The notes under the pieces were generated by a model, which saw only the letters and a program-made list of their open reading frames with translations, was not told the origin of the DNA and did no database searches. This document shows positions 1 to 15,761 of a DNA stretch of 64,000 nucleotides, one piece after another (within the stretch, counting starts at the first letter, position 1; each line of letters opens with the position of its first letter). The stretch is taken from assembly GCA_951406725.2 (NCBI GenBank), contig OX597821.1, forward strand, positions 96,038,001-96,102,000, given 5' to 3'. A program made the translations under genes and the position numbers. The DNA comes from Octopus vulgaris. Lineage: Eukaryota.

Positions 1-708
1 ATAATAATAATAATAATAATAATAATAATAGTAATAATGTTTCTTTTGGCATACGATGTAGAGCCTCAAACTTTCCTACAGAACAAAGGTTATGCAGGAC
101 AGAAGAGATGTAAGACAGGTGCAGATGTATAAAATTCACAAACTCCACAGAGTCCAAATGACAGGGACGCGGAACGAGTTAAGTCATATATTAATTTGTA
201 AATTTGTCATTGAAGTTACTGTCGCTTTTAGGCAAGTTACTAATATCGTGACTAGCTGGTAGGTTGGTAGTTAGGTAGCTTGCCGCACCTCAGGGACATA
301 ACACAGCTAAAGTGATAAAGAAAATCAAGCTTTAGAACAAGAAGAAAAAAACAACAACAGCAGGAACCGTAATATCTGCTTTTAAATGCTTTCCAACAAA
401 TTTCTGCATTCAGTCCATTTCCAAAGGCATCGGCAGCATACATGGGGGTAGGTTGGTTTCAACCAGAGGATTGAAACTGCGTCGCTAGAATTTCTCCACG
501 TTATTATATAGACAGGTACCGCACGTTTATTTCGAATATTGTCTGTGGTTAGATAATTGTGCGTGGGGATGCATACCTATACGTATACACACATGCATAC
601 ATGCATATATGCTGTAAATAACTGTAAAAAACAGTAAATAACGGTTTAATAGAATTATAGATGTGGAAAATCTCCGTTCTTCTGATCTTTATTATTATTA
701 TTATTATC

Positions 709-783
<75 letters not shown>

Positions 784-784
784 T

Positions 785-816
<32 letters not shown>

Positions 817-817
817 T

Positions 818-994
818 AGCCAGTACACACATTTTTTTCTCTCCTTGTTTCTCTCCTTGTTTTCTGAGTCCCTTTCTGTAGACGAGCGTAGGCTCGAAAC
901 GTAAAATACTTTTTCTATTCCTGAGCGTTATACTTATACATCTGTTTGTTTTGTACACCACCTGTCTTCGTCTTTTGTTTTTTTCGTAAACTCT

Positions 995-998
<4 letters not shown>
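818..998 (+). mobile_element. PLE-like 3' terminal fragment in (TA)n with variant hammerhead (family A, copy 1)
   Basis: Highly similar to 40305-40471. Contains UUU-CUGUAGA-C-GAGC-GUAG-GCUC-GAAA-CG-UA-AAA at 873-906. Flanked by (TA)n. Confidence 0.6.
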
Positions 999-1055
<57 letters not shown>

Positions 1056-1167
1056 CATACACACACAAATAACCAGTTGCGAAACGTAGAGAAATTCTAC
1101 ATGGTGTTCGTATTTATTCTCAAAAATTTTCCACCTTGTTATTGTTTTTGCCGTTGCTTTTAAACTT

Positions 1168-1295
1168 TTCTTCTTCTTCTTCTTCTTCTTCTTCTTCTTC
1201 TTCTTCTTCTTCTTCTTCTTCTTCTTCTTCTTCTTCTTCTTCTTCATCATCATCATCATCATCATCATCATCGTCATCATCATCATCATCATCAT
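1168..1295. repeat. (TTC)n-(TCA)n compound microsatellite
   Basis: Seen directly. Confidence 0.95.
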
Positions 1296-1882
1296 TGCTT
1301 CGCCATTATCAATTGTTATATTTGACATAATCATCGCTACCGTTTAACAATATTTATTAACGCATCCCTTTTATAATGATATTTACCAGAAGATCGTATT
1401 TTGGAGAACTTACAGTGAGATTTCTCTTCCAGAACTTATGGCATAAGATATTGCGTCATAACAGTGCTTCCCAGTTTATGACTCGCGACACTTTAATGTG
1501 TCACGAAATTATACAAACATGTTATAAAATTGACTTAGGCTAGAATATTTCATTCCAGATGAATTATAGTCAAATAAATCTCAACATTACGTATATCGAT
1601 TATGCGTATTTACTCCTCTCAAATTTCAGCTTAGATGTATTCTGTCTAACAGGAATAGTATATTTGATTTAAAATAAAAATCAAGTTTAATAAGCTCCGT
1701 CTTATTTTTATTCGGATAAACCTGAAAATCTCTATGTTAGAAGCAGTTACAGTCAATTTAGAGCAAAGAGCAAACAAATTCGGTCATTCTCATAACCTCT
1801 TTGAATTGCTATAATACCATAAGTCAAAACCCTCGAAAAGATATTTGAATAACTGTTTACATTATCATAAAATGTGAAAGAA

Positions 1883-2106
1883 GGCAGCGATACTAGCAGA
1901 ATCCTTAGCATATGTTAGATACAAATGCTCTGTAGCATTTCTTGTGGCTCTACGTTTGAGTTCAAATTCCGCCGAAGTGAACTTTCTCTTTCATACTTTC
2001 AGGGTCAATAAAATAAATAGCATTTAAGTACTGGGGGCGATGTAAGTGACTTACCACCCTCCCCATTTTACTGCTGGTCTTGTGCTAAAATTTCAAACAA
2101 TATTAT
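1883..2106 (+). mobile_element. tRNA-derived SINE family 1 (Meta/MESC-domain-like)
   Basis: gagttcaaattccgcc B-box plus the central motif ctttcatcctttcggggtcgataaa..aagtaccag shared by roughly 20 full or partial copies in the window. Confidence 0.75.
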
Positions 2107-3787
2107 AAAATGTCAATCTGTATACATATTCAAATTCATCAGTGAGTTTTAATGATTGGTGTTTTGCTGTAGTTTCTTGAATGAGAGATATCTGGATACA
2201 ACATCATCTTATTGTACTATAAAATTTCATGGTACAGTGACTGGTGAAGCAGCGACGCCGCTGATTTTTAGGTGATACTCGTTAAACTTTGAAAAATGAA
2301 GAAAATAAAAAAGCTCTTTGCAATATCGTGCTACAGAATGCTTATCTACAAGCATTTACTTGAAACTAAATGTGCATGTATACATGTAAGTGAAACTCCA
2401 AAAGCAGGATTACAAAAGAAATTAAAATCTTGACCTGCCGGGCTAAAATGTTTCACCATCACTGATCTAGTAAGTATTATTATCACAGCTAAGTGAAGTG
2501 AAGCAATCCTGAAAGAAAAAAAAAATTCGTTGCAAATCTATTGTGACGAAAGATAAAAACCTCCCTTGATAGAACACCAGTTAACAATACGTAACATTCC
2601 AAGGTGGTTTTATTCTTGTTGCTGTTGATAGCTAGAAGAACTGAGATAATGTAGAATAACTGATATTGTTCCAGGGATACTGAAATGACACCTAAATCTC
2701 CTTCTGAGTAGGACACCAAACAATTCACAGCTAACTCTCCATTTGATCTCATATCTATATTGCTATCTAGATGGGTAACAAAATAATTTAAAATAACGTA
2801 TGTTATATAGATTTAGTTTTTGGTGTCCTGTTGTTAAGCCTTAGGTCAGTTCTGATCGAACTAACAAAAGCAATGCAGTTATGATAATCTCGACTTTTTA
2901 AGGAATAGCTTACTCCAAAATACAATGTCTATTACGTCCTTTATCAAAGACATATGCTTGATTTGGGAGGAGATTTTACTGCAAATTTTGTAGACAGAGT
3001 GAACACGTAGGCAGTTTCTTATTGGTTATCTTGTGGGCCCTAATCTGTAGAATAATTTGCATACAATAAAGAAGTCTTTACATGCATACAGTAAGAAACC
3101 AACAGCATTAAAACTTTGTCTTTTATTTCATATCTTTGAATGGGAGGTAAAATTGAATATCATTATATATATGTATATATATATATATTATCCAGCTTTT
3201 GTGTATCTAGTACACACTTCGCCTTTTAATGTACTTATATATGAATAATATATGGCGTGTCCTAGAACACCGGCGATAATAATTAATTTTATTGTATCGC
3301 ATTTGACTTTGTTTATATATATATATATATATATATGCATAAAATGTAATTTAGATTCAGTTGAATTAAGTATTTAAATCGAGGGACCTTGTTAGGACGA
3401 ACTTATTAGCATACTCAGCCAATATTAGGTGAGTATCAAACTCTACATAGAATTTTTCACCCGATATTCATGCAGTGTATGCAGATGGCACGATCCAACT
3501 TAATGAATAAATCCTCTCTTGCTTGTTCAGATATGTACTTTGTATAAAGATACTTTCCATATACTTCCGAAGTGCAGATTCCAGGATAGGTGTGAAATCC
3601 TTGGTACAGCTAGGTATGTTTGAAAAAGGAAAAGAACGACTTCACTGGCAGTTCTAATCAATATAATTTGACAGTTTAGTTTGAAGATCTAGTAAGTTCT
3701 TTGTCAACTTCGGTGAGGAGATCTTTTTAAAGATTCCTTGTTAACTTTTCTGCATTCATCACAGGCGATTGTCAATTCTGATCTCTG

Positions 3788-3853
<66 letters not shown>

Positions 3854-3872
3854 TATATATACATATATATAT

Positions 3873-3956
<84 letters not shown>

Positions 3957-4735
3957 ACATATATATGTATATATATATATAAACTTTTACTTGCTTCATA
4001 TACTGGACAGCGCTATGCTGGGGCATCATTTTGAAGGGTTTAATTGAACAAATCGACTCCAACATTCATTTTTATGTTTGGTGCTTCTAACTGTTTCTTT
4101 CACCGGTTGTCAAGCGGTAGGGGTGGACAAACACAAATGCACGTACAGTAGATTGATACATATATACACACATACATATATATATATACATAACATACAT
4201 AAATATATTGAGGTACTCTGATGACATTGTTTTATAACAGTATAAAATGATAAAAATTAAAATTCATGCAAAACAATTTCAAACTGTAGCGCAAAAAAAT
4301 AACATTCAGATCCTTTCAAATCGTAAACTAACGACTTAGAAACGATTTACAGATTATATTGTAATGGGTGTACAGTGCATATCACAATGAGTTAATGGTT
4401 ATGGTTTGAATGCTTTTGTTATTAGGTCTCCTGTTTTAGGGCAGAACTAGAGTTAAACAAGCAGAGCAACAGTAAATAACATCAGAAATCATTACAAGAA
4501 CGAGAGCAATAACAACAAATTACTCTGTACATGATAACAAATGACGGTGGGGGATATTGTAACTGATTTAATCAAATCTTTACCAGCACATGAGAGGTAC
4601 ATATATTATCACCCCCTATAGAACGAAAAGTAAAGTCGTCAATCCTGGTGAAACGCAAACTCAGAACGAAACAGAAGATATGAATTAGACTGTTGATGGG
4701 AAGTGAAGAGTCAATTTGATTTGATTCTAATGGCG

Positions 4736-4797
<62 letters not shown>

Positions 4798-6785
4798 GAT
4801 ATACGATATATACATATATTATATATATATATATATACATATATATCATAGATACATGTGTATGGTATATATACGAATATATGAATACATACATATATAT
4901 ATATTATAGACGCATGTGTACGGGTATATATATACGAATATGTATGTATATATACGAATATATGTATATATATATTTATACATATATATTCATATATACA
5001 TACACATATATACATATATATATATGTACATATACACATATACATACATTCGTTTATAAGACTTATATGTTGCTTGTATATATATATATATATATATATA
5101 CACATACAGACAGAATTTTTTTACAATTTAAAATCATATCCAATACAAAGTAGGATACTGTCTATTAGGAGTTTAAAGTTGAAAGATTTTGGGGTAGTTT
5201 ATTTGGAATGTCAAACATTTAGAGTCATTATATATGGAAAATGTTTGAAAAAAAAATATCAACAAAAAAACAACAACAAAACTTTAAAAAAACTCTGAAT
5301 CTTTTGGAAGGGACGGGAATTTTGTTTTAATCTTTCAGGATGAATTTTAGGTTTGAAATTTTGATTTAGCTTTTAATCATCTTTAAATTGTTCTGTTGGA
5401 AAATTTTAATTTGAAATTTCAAACTGTTTCAATACAATTTTTGTCTTTGGAAATTCAAATAATTTTCATCTTTTTAAAACAAATTTCATTCTTTCAATTT
5501 AAATGTTCGGTTTGAAAATTTCAGTTAATTTCATTTTTTTCGGTTTGAGTTAAAAGAAAAAAAAATTGCGTCAAATCTCAAGTTCTACAATATAATTTTA
5601 TATTTAATTTAGATCTTCGAGTTGAAAATTTTAAAATACTTTCTTTAAAATTTCATTTTTCGATTTACTATTTTTTTCTTCTCCAGTTTAAATTTTACAG
5701 GTTTAACGATTTTTGTAAATTTATGATGTTTTGGCTTCAAACTTTAGTTGATTTCAATTTTATTAATAATTTTGGGTGATACATACTAATTTTTACAGGT
5801 TTGTCTAAAATTTAAAATAAAAAAATTGAATTCGGTTTAAACATTTAGTTTAAAAGTTAATGTCTTTCTCAGTTTTGAATTTTCCGATTTTTTTTTCCAT
5901 TTCAAATTTTGCATATTTAAATAAAAATTGCTTAATATTTTCTGTTTGAAATTTCATTTATGTTTTTCTTTTCTTCTTCTGCAGCTTCTTCTGTGTATAA
6001 AACACCTCGGTGAGCAAAAACGATTTAGATAACATTTGCAATTTGGCGACATTTAAGCAAAACGACGGGCAAATTTTAGTATTAAGATTGAAAAAAAAAC
6101 AACAAAAAATGGCAATCTTAATAATATATCACTTAAGCTCCTAAGGGCTTGTGAGAACCAGGGATTTGCATATGTTTCATATATGGAGACATACATTTCT
6201 TCTGCATGAAAATTCTAGTGTAAGTGTACCATCAGATAACATTTATATTCCCAGTACTTCTGATAGTCCTGCTCAGCTGTTCAAACTGCATGGGACAATA
6301 AAAATAATAGCCACTTTTTAAAAATAACAATGAGACGCGCTAAGCGCATTCAACACAACAAACCACGATTAAGTAGAGCAATATTCTGTCACATCAGAAC
6401 TGTGCAATATTACACATAAAGGTTAATAACGATAATAACAACAACAACAACAACAACAATAATAGCAATAATAATAATAATAATAATAATAATAATTATA
6501 ATAATAATAGTAATAATAATAATAATGATAATAATAATTCGAAACAAATGCCCTATATTTATAAGACCCTATGTGTTAGCAAAAGAGGACACATAGGATG
6601 CAGTGAAAATTGTATAATTATGCTTTTGCCAGATGGTAAAGTCATGAGAAACAAATTTGTTTCCAATTACGATTTGAAATCTCAAACCTGGATAGATCCC
6701 TTACCAGTAAAAGGACAAGTCTTTGCCTGTTCTATGGAATTGCGTAAAGCACACACACATATATATATACATATATATACACATA

Positions 6786-6864
<79 letters not shown>

Positions 6865-6937
6865 AAATGTATATATACATATATATGTATATATATTTAT
6901 AAATATATGTATATAAGTATATATATGTATGCATATA

Positions 6938-6972
<35 letters not shown>

Positions 6973-6979
6973 ATATGTA

Positions 6980-7023
<44 letters not shown>

Positions 7024-7458
7024 TACATATGTATATATATATATGCGTATACATATATTATGTTTACATATATACATATATATGTATATATATATATATA
7101 TGCATATATATTTGTCTATGAGTAAAATATCGAGAACAAGTAGTGGTTTTATAGAATGCCCGACAGAATTGAACAGTATATAGATAAATCCTGAGCTTAA
7201 CTGAGCAGGGAAAAACCGTTTAGATTAAAGTACTAATAATACTGATATTGAGTGCGCACATATTTTATAAATACCTTGAATACGACAAAATGAATTCAGC
7301 TTCGATTCCGAATACGCCAGAAAGGTGCTCGTACGATAGGAAACGTATTTCCTCGGAATCACTATTTTAATAAAACACACATCCGCGCGTAAACTCATGA
7401 ATGTATGTAAGTGTGTATGTATGTATATATGTGTGTATATAATTGTATGAATATAATC

Positions 7459-7507
<49 letters not shown>

Positions 7508-8687
7508 ATTATAAACTCTGTTTCATGTATTGATTTCTCTCTCATTTGTGAACAAAATAAGCAAAAGCTTATATACAGACACATCCACACACAGTATATG
7601 TGTGTGTTTGCGTCTGTGTATTTGTGAATTTGTGAATGCGGGTGAATGGGTGCACTAGTATTTGTGTATGAATGCGTGGACGTGTATGCCATGTATGCAC
7701 ACAAACACAAATTCATACATTGCTACATGCATGCCATGCATAAATTGAAATATATGTATATTTTAAAATATATCTATAAACATACATATATAGAATATAT
7801 ATACACAATATTTATTATAGATATATATATATATATATATATATACAATATATATATATATATATCGGCGGCAAATTTAGAAACTACATTGCATGAAGCG
7901 ATAATGAGACAATAATATAAGCAGCGAACAATCCCTTTTAATCGGATGTATTGGCAACAGCTGGGACACAAATACGCCTTCCTCGCTGTATTCATAATCT
8001 CCAAACGGCTTAATCATATCATATTGTTGGAAGATATTCTTTGTGCTCATATTCTTTTTCATATCATAAGTGCATTGCCATTTCGTGTTTTAAGTGATAA
8101 GTGTGAGTGAGTGAGGAGTGAAGAAAAAAATAAAGGAAATTGGGAATGTTTTTAGAAAAAAAAAAAAAAAAAGAAAAAATACATGCGAAGATTTCTTTCC
8201 CAAATCTAGCAAAATTTGTGATTGCCTTTGCGGTGTGCTTAGAAATATTCTGTTATTTGATGCGAACGAAAAAATAAAATAATAATAATAATAAAAAAAT
8301 GTATCTTAGGTTATTATTAATAGGCAAGGATTTGTGCTGTTTTGGTCTGAAAGATCCTGTGTTTGCAGGAGTCTTAGTTGGAGAACTCTCTATATCAAGA
8401 GGACTGCACCTTCTGTGTGTCTGCATATTTTGAATGCTATATATAACTTATATCTTATTTCAGTTTCCTCTCTTTTTCGTTCATCTTTATATGTAAATAC
8501 CCAGAAAAATTAAAAACTGTAATGTCCCCCTCATATGATGCAACTGTAGAAAAAATTACTATTATTATTATTATTATTATTAATACTATTTTTGTTGAGT
8601 GAGAGAGCAGCACATGCCACATGCCATGAAAATGACACTGGGGTAAAATATACGAATATTATTATTATTATCATCATCAATCATCAA

Positions 8688-8938
8688 GGCGGCGAACTGG
8701 CAGTATCGTTAACACGCCGGACAAAATGCTTAGCAACATTTCACACGTCTTTACGTTCTGATTTCACATGCCGCCGAGGTCATCCTTTCGGGGTCAATTA
8801 AATGACTTTCATTTTTCATCCTTTCGGGAATTAAATGAGTACCAGTTGAGCACTGGGGTCGATGGAATCAACTTATACCCTCCCCTGAAATTGTTGATCT
8901 CGTGCCAAAAATTGAAACCATTCCATTATTATTATTAT
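8688..8938 (+). mobile_element. SINE family 1
   Basis: ggcggcgaactggcagtatcgttaacacgccgg... with an internal duplication of catcctttcggg; (TTA) tail. Confidence 0.8.
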
Positions 8939-9527
8939 AAAATTTGTACGAGCTACACCCATGTCTGAACCAAAGACGAAAAAGGACAAGTTTTTATATC
9001 TGAAGATGCAAACGGTTGAGGTGCCGTTTAGTTAGATAAAACTGAGGTCTGTACGTTATAAGACCTTTTTCATAACATTTATAATCAAATTCAATAACTA
9101 TGATTGTATTTAGATGGAAAGAAATTTACGTTAGATATGTAGGGTACCTATAAGCATGATCTTTATACTCGGTTATGTTCTGCATCAAAATTCTACACGA
9201 ATCGATTTTGATAAAATAGGAACCAGTTAGGTTTTAGTATCGATCTGTTCGACTATACCCTATCCCTGGAATGTGTGGTCCTGTGATAGCTGCCACCTTC
9301 TCTTGGTAGGGAACGACAAGCCGTTTCATCTGTCAAGTACCTTGTCGTATAGTAAACAAGCACGAAACGTTTGAGAACGGGTGTCTTTTTTTCATACGAC
9401 CTCGTCATTTTATTCAAGAAATGTCTGAAGCGGAAGGGGAAAGTGGAGAGGTGAGTTCTGTCTCAGTAAATTTACTCAAAAGTGGATGAGATTGGAGGCT
9501 TTGAGTGGCTGGATAGATGTATTATGG

Positions 9528-9590
<63 letters not shown>

Positions 9591-9915
9591 TTAATATATA
9601 TTATCATATATGATATATATTAATATATATTTTATATATAATATATATTATTATATATTATGTATACATAATGTACATAGTAATCTATATTATATATATA
9701 CAATAAATATATATTTATTAATATATATATATATATATATATTTGAGTGTGTGTTTACTACACGCTTATATGTATTTATATTATATATTGATTTATTACA
9801 TAAATATAAGTATATAAATATTACATAAAATATATATATATATATATTTATGAATTATATATATTATATATTTTATATTTGTATATTCGAATATTTAATT
9901 ATATCTATAAATGTA

Positions 9916-9957
<42 letters not shown>

Positions 9958-9967
9958 AAGAATGACG

Positions 9968-10002
<35 letters not shown>

Positions 10003-10739
10003 TCGTCGTAGTCGTCATTGTCATCATTTCATTAGTCTTTTTGTTACTGTTTTCTTTTAAAACACAAACGATTCCAACTTATACATGCCTTAAATATGTA
10101 TGGTCAGTTTATTTTATTTTTTGCTTTTATGAGTGAATTGCTTCGATCACATTCTAAGCATTCTACATAATATATGTGCTGTGTCACCTAGTGCTATTTC
10201 GACTATGTTATGTATATCTGCGAGTCCTAGGATATTTTATGTATTTATATTTCATTTTAGCATTCCCAAGGCACCTATTATGGCCAGGTTTTGTTTCTGT
10301 TTCCAATCCCCAGATTCTGGATATATATCTCTATATTCTTTTCTTACATTTACACACTGTCTCCCATGTCTTTGAAAGCTATATTGATTTTCATGCGATC
10401 GAGAGTGATACGTTGATTATTTATTCATTTTAGTCTGTCACAACATGTGTCCGAGTGTTACACTTAAGTATGGAACGAAACCGAGAACATAATCGAAGTC
10501 TTTAACATAATGATTCACTTTTGAGCGTTACGCTTTCAGTAACCTTAACTATGGAACGATAGTAAGATTATAATAAAAAAATGTTTAACTTTATGAAACA
10601 GCAATGTTATGATAATCTATAGATTTAGGCAAGAAAATAGGAATAACATTTATAAGACATTAAATTTCCATGAATCCTGATAGTTATTTTCATTATTATT
10701 GTTGTTTTGTCACTGTTATTGTAATTACTACTACTACTG

Positions 10740-10804
<65 letters not shown>

Positions 10805-10839
10805 GTCATTATTGTTGCTGTTAACGATAATGATGATAC

Positions 10840-11051
10840 TCCTTTTTACTGTAGGCACAAGGCCTGAAATTTGACGGGAGGGGACTAGTCGATGACATCG
10901 ACCCAAGTACACAACCGGTACTTAGTTTCTCGACCCCGAAAAGAGGAAAGGCAAAGTCGACCTCAGTGGAATTTGAACCCAGAACGTAGCAACGGGCGAA
11001 ATGCCGCTAAGCATCTCGTCCACCATGCTAACCATTCTGCCAGCTCATGCC
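10840..11051 (-). mobile_element. SINE family 1
   Basis: Full-length reverse-complement copy. Confidence 0.85.
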
Positions 11052-11171
11052 TTAAATAATGATGATAATACGAGGGTGATGGTAAAGATGGTGATGACGA
11101 CGATGACAACGACGATGTCGATGACGATGAAGATGAAAACGATGGTGAGGGTGATGTTGATCGTGATGATA

Positions 11172-11213
<42 letters not shown>

Positions 11214-12589
11214 TTGATGACGACGATGACGACAATAATGATGAAAACGATGATGATGGATTTTTATATCTTGGCACAAAAGTGCAAATTTGATTGATAA
11301 TTTTTTTTTGTTTTCTACCTAATCTCCATCTAAGTTTCCAACGTCATAAGACTAGTCAAGACTTGGTATTTTCATTATTTAAATTTCTCCAGATATTTGT
11401 ACTTGTATTTGATAATTGGAGTATTTTGTAATGTCATTTTTTTTTTAATCAATGATTTTTGTATATGCCTAGTTTGCCATTGTGTATACGGGTTTACTTG
11501 TGTTGTTAATTATTTGTATTTTGAGAAATTTAATTAAATTTAATGAAGTTCAGCCTAATATTGTAGTTACACTTTGGATCAGCGTCACTTTGTTTAACTG
11601 TAATCTTGGATGTATGCATTCAAAGATTAATAAAAGAAACCGAATCTCTTACATGGTATGTATTTTTTATAAATAACAATTTGCTAGTGCTGTAAATTTT
11701 TAATCTCTAATGACAATGTCAGGTATTTGGCTTCTATCATTTCCACACATTGTGTTTATATATCCAAGTGAACAACAACGATATAAGAATAGGTGATTAT
11801 ATTATGTCTATATATTCTTTTATTCAGAAACTGGTTCTACCAGTTGGCTGTGCCCATTCAATGGCACCGTCACACATATATCTATAACTATAGTTTGGAT
11901 ACTTTTTAATATGTACTATTTCTCTTGTTGATTTTTATACTCTTGATTCGTTACTGAATATAAATATTTTATATTTGTATTGCTCTTGAGGCAAATAACA
12001 GAAATCATTTACTAAATACCCGGAGTACCGAGTGGTTGGGGTTTAGCATTAACCAGATTCTCTTTCAATTAGCGTATTCCATGTTAGAATATATTCTATG
12101 TAAGTTATACATATTTTATTTTTGTATTACACATGCATGCACACATACACGGACGTGTGTGTATTCGCATGTACATATGTGTGTGTGCATATGTGCGTAT
12201 ATATGTATATATATGTATACGTATATGTGCGTGTGTATGTGATATATGTATGTATGCATGTATACACACGCATTTATGTATGTGAATGAGATCATTTTTC
12301 AGCGTGTATGTGCATGAATTATATAATAATGAACGCCTTATATGTAAAGTGGTGGGATGTATAACAACAACAACAACATCAATATCAATAACAGCAAAAA
12401 CATTTCCTTGACCAAAGTCTGGCCTTTTGAATAATAGACTGCAATCTGCATACATTTATTCAGTTTATTAGGGACATGCCCATACACACAGACATGAACA
12501 AGCACACACATACACACACTGAAACAAATAAAGGAATATGCACACATATGTATATATATATATATAAATATGTGTATATATGTATGCCC

Positions 12590-12653
<64 letters not shown>

Positions 12654-12656
12654 CAT

Positions 12657-12897
12657 GGAGGCGCAATGGCTCATTGGTTGGGGCAGCGGACTCGCGGTCG
12701 TAGGATCGCGGTTTCGATTCCCAGACCGTGTGTTGTAAGTATTTATAGAGCGAAAACACCTAAAGCTCCACGAGGCTCAGGCAGGGGGTAGTGGCGATCC
12801 CTGCTGTACTCTTTCGCCACAACTTTCTCTCACTCTTTTGTTCTGTTGGCCTGCTCGTTTAGCCAGCGGGGTGGCGTCATTTGATGGGTAAAACAAT
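12657..12897 (+). mobile_element. tRNA-derived SINE, family 2
   Basis: A-box TGGCTCATTGG and B-box GGTTTCGATTCCC. The 3' part matches 29471-29582 and 63306-63370. Confidence 0.8.
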
Positions 12898-13037
12898 TGA
12901 TATATATGTATATATATATTACTGGCCTAATGATCGCTGAAGCATGAAACTCGAATCATAATAGAGCAATTCAGTTTGAACAAACTATAAGCGCTATAAC
13001 ACGTATTGAGAGCTGTTGAAAATTCCATACACACGCG

Positions 13038-13109
<72 letters not shown>

Positions 13110-13231
13110 TATATACACATATTTATACATACAAAGAGATATATATGTGTACATATTTCCAATTCAGTACGTGGTGAGGCAATTAGCCGATCCCCTCATT
13201 ATAATTATGTATATAATTATAGAATATTATA

Positions 13232-13309
<78 letters not shown>

Positions 13310-13384
13310 CACAATATGCTCTGTACGTGCATAAACACACATATACAGACATACGCACACACGTACATGTATTTATGTATGTAT

Positions 13385-13600
<216 letters not shown>

Positions 13601-14332
13601 TTTAATATTTGATTTACAAGTAAGATAGGAAAAAATCAACAATTGCTTTTATGAAACTAAAAAGAAAAATCATACGAAAAATCCCACAAGCATTAATACA
13701 AATTATGTCGATTAAGGCAGCCCTTGGGGAATGTAACACAAGAGAAAAATAGTTTGTCTAGCGTTCATTTTTTGTGTGTTTGTGTAAATTATGTATTTCA
13801 TATCATAAAGCAACCCCACCTCCAAATAGTTTCAATATCGACGCATATCACAAATTTCTATAAGTGCTTCTTATTTATTATGTATCAGTCGAACTACAAT
13901 AAGTTTTCGTTAGATATTAGTAACAGAGGACATAATAAAAGAATTCATTGATACATGAACATATAGGCAGACAGCAACTTTACTAAGTATCATTAGTGGA
14001 AGAAAATATGATGCTGGTGAGGTAGTTATTGCCCCATGGTAAGTTTTTAAAGGGGAGTGTAAGTGTAATCAACTTGGCACAAGTGAACGTACCATACTCT
14101 TACATATGCGAGTTTTGACCGGAAAATTAAATCTGAGAATGTGTTATAACTGTTTATGGTTACTTGACTGATTCTAGATAGCTGTCCCCTCCACAGGATT
14201 TTGCTGATAGTTTTTGTTATCCCTTTTGTTTTGGTATATACATTTTTATGTAAGACTACCACAATGTTTTATCCAGCTTTTGAGATCACGTCCACTAGAT
14301 TTGGAGCAAATAAGTAAATTAGATAATAATAA

Positions 14333-14540
14333 TCCTTTCTACTATAGGCACAAGGCCAGAATGTTTAGGCAGAGGGGACTTGTCGATTACATCAACCCAG
14401 TGTTCAATTAGTACTTAATTTACAGACTCCTAAATGTTGAAAGGCAAAGTCGACTTCAGCAGAATTTGAATTCAGAACGTAGAAACAGACGAAATCCCGC
14501 TAAGTCTTTTACCTGGTGTGATAACGATTCTCACCATCTT

Positions 14541-14599
<59 letters not shown>

Positions 14600-14601
14600 C
14601 C

Positions 14602-14636
<35 letters not shown>

Positions 14637-14876
14637 TCTTTCTAATTTTGGCACAACACCATTAATTTTGAGGGGAGCGGTTAACTCAATTACATCGAAC
14701 TCACTACTCGACTGTTGTCTTATTTTATCGACTCCAGATAGATGAAAGGTAAAGTTGATATTAGCGGTATTTGAACCCTGAACATAAAAAAAATGTCGTT
14801 AAAATTGTTATAAATGAAGTACTGGGGTCGAATTCATCAACTAGCCACCTTCCACAAAAATGCCGGCTTTGGTGTA

Positions 14877-14964
<88 letters not shown>

Positions 14965-15190
14965 GCTGTTGTTGTCGTCGTCGTTGTTGTTGATATTGTT
15001 GTTATTATTATCGCTGTATTTACGTCCATTTCAATTTTCTGACTTAAAATCCCGGTGAAGTCAACTTTGCCTTTCATATTTCCGTACAAAACAAGGACCA
15101 GTCAAGAAGTAGAGTCCATTGTTTCGAATGCCCACGTCCTCCATCTATATCTTCCAAAAATTTTGTAACTGTGTTAGAAATTAGTTTTAT
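14333..15190. mobile_element. Cluster of SINE family 1 copies (minus 14333-14540 and 14636-14790; plus partial 14815-14880 and about 15010-15190) separated by (CAA)n/(TTA)n
   Basis: Family-1 central and B-box motifs in both orientations. Confidence 0.7.
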
Positions 15191-15710
15191 TAGAGTGGTG
15201 GATTAACAGAAACGTTAGAGCGTGTTTAAATCCTTTGCCTTCTGATTTCAAATCCTGCTGAAGTTAATTATCCCTTTTCGTTTTTTGGAAGTCAAAAATT
15301 AAAATATCAGTCAATAAAAAGAAGGGTACACGACTTATCGCTAAAGAAACAGTCGCAACTAATGTCTAACCTCTGGCCCACGAGCGAGATATTCCCCGGA
15401 GCTGGTTGGTCTCACACACCTTCCATTTAGGCACTCTTCACACAATCAATTGTATTCTACTTACCACTCATGCTGTGCCCAGCCCCCACGGCTATTTGCT
15501 AATAGATTTACACATACCTTCTTCCCCAGATCATCCGCCTCTTTAATTCTTTCCCGAATTATGTTTTTCTTATTCTTGTACATTCGCAAAAGTTTATGCG
15601 AAATATTTATTGGTATCGTTCTCACCAGTCTCAGAGGACTTGCGAAGACTAAGCAATGCTCCTCCGTCCGATATACATACATACATACATACATACATAC
15701 ATACATACAT

Positions 15711-15761
<51 letters not shown>

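Noticed and set aside
252-443. 63-aa ORF with a CCCC run
   Set aside because: The cysteines derive from a (CAA/CAG) simple repeat; no domain recognised.
4218-4260. CTGATGA followed by a hairpin
   Set aside because: No GAAA/UH or stem I follows, so it is not a hammerhead.
7877-8062. 61-aa non-repetitive ORF (MKKNMSTK...)
   Set aside because: No recognisable family or convincing splice context; short ORFs of this size are expected by chance.
12657-12730. tRNA-like sequence
   Set aside because: It continues into a SINE body shared with other copies and no clean cloverleaf could be built; called as a SINE head.
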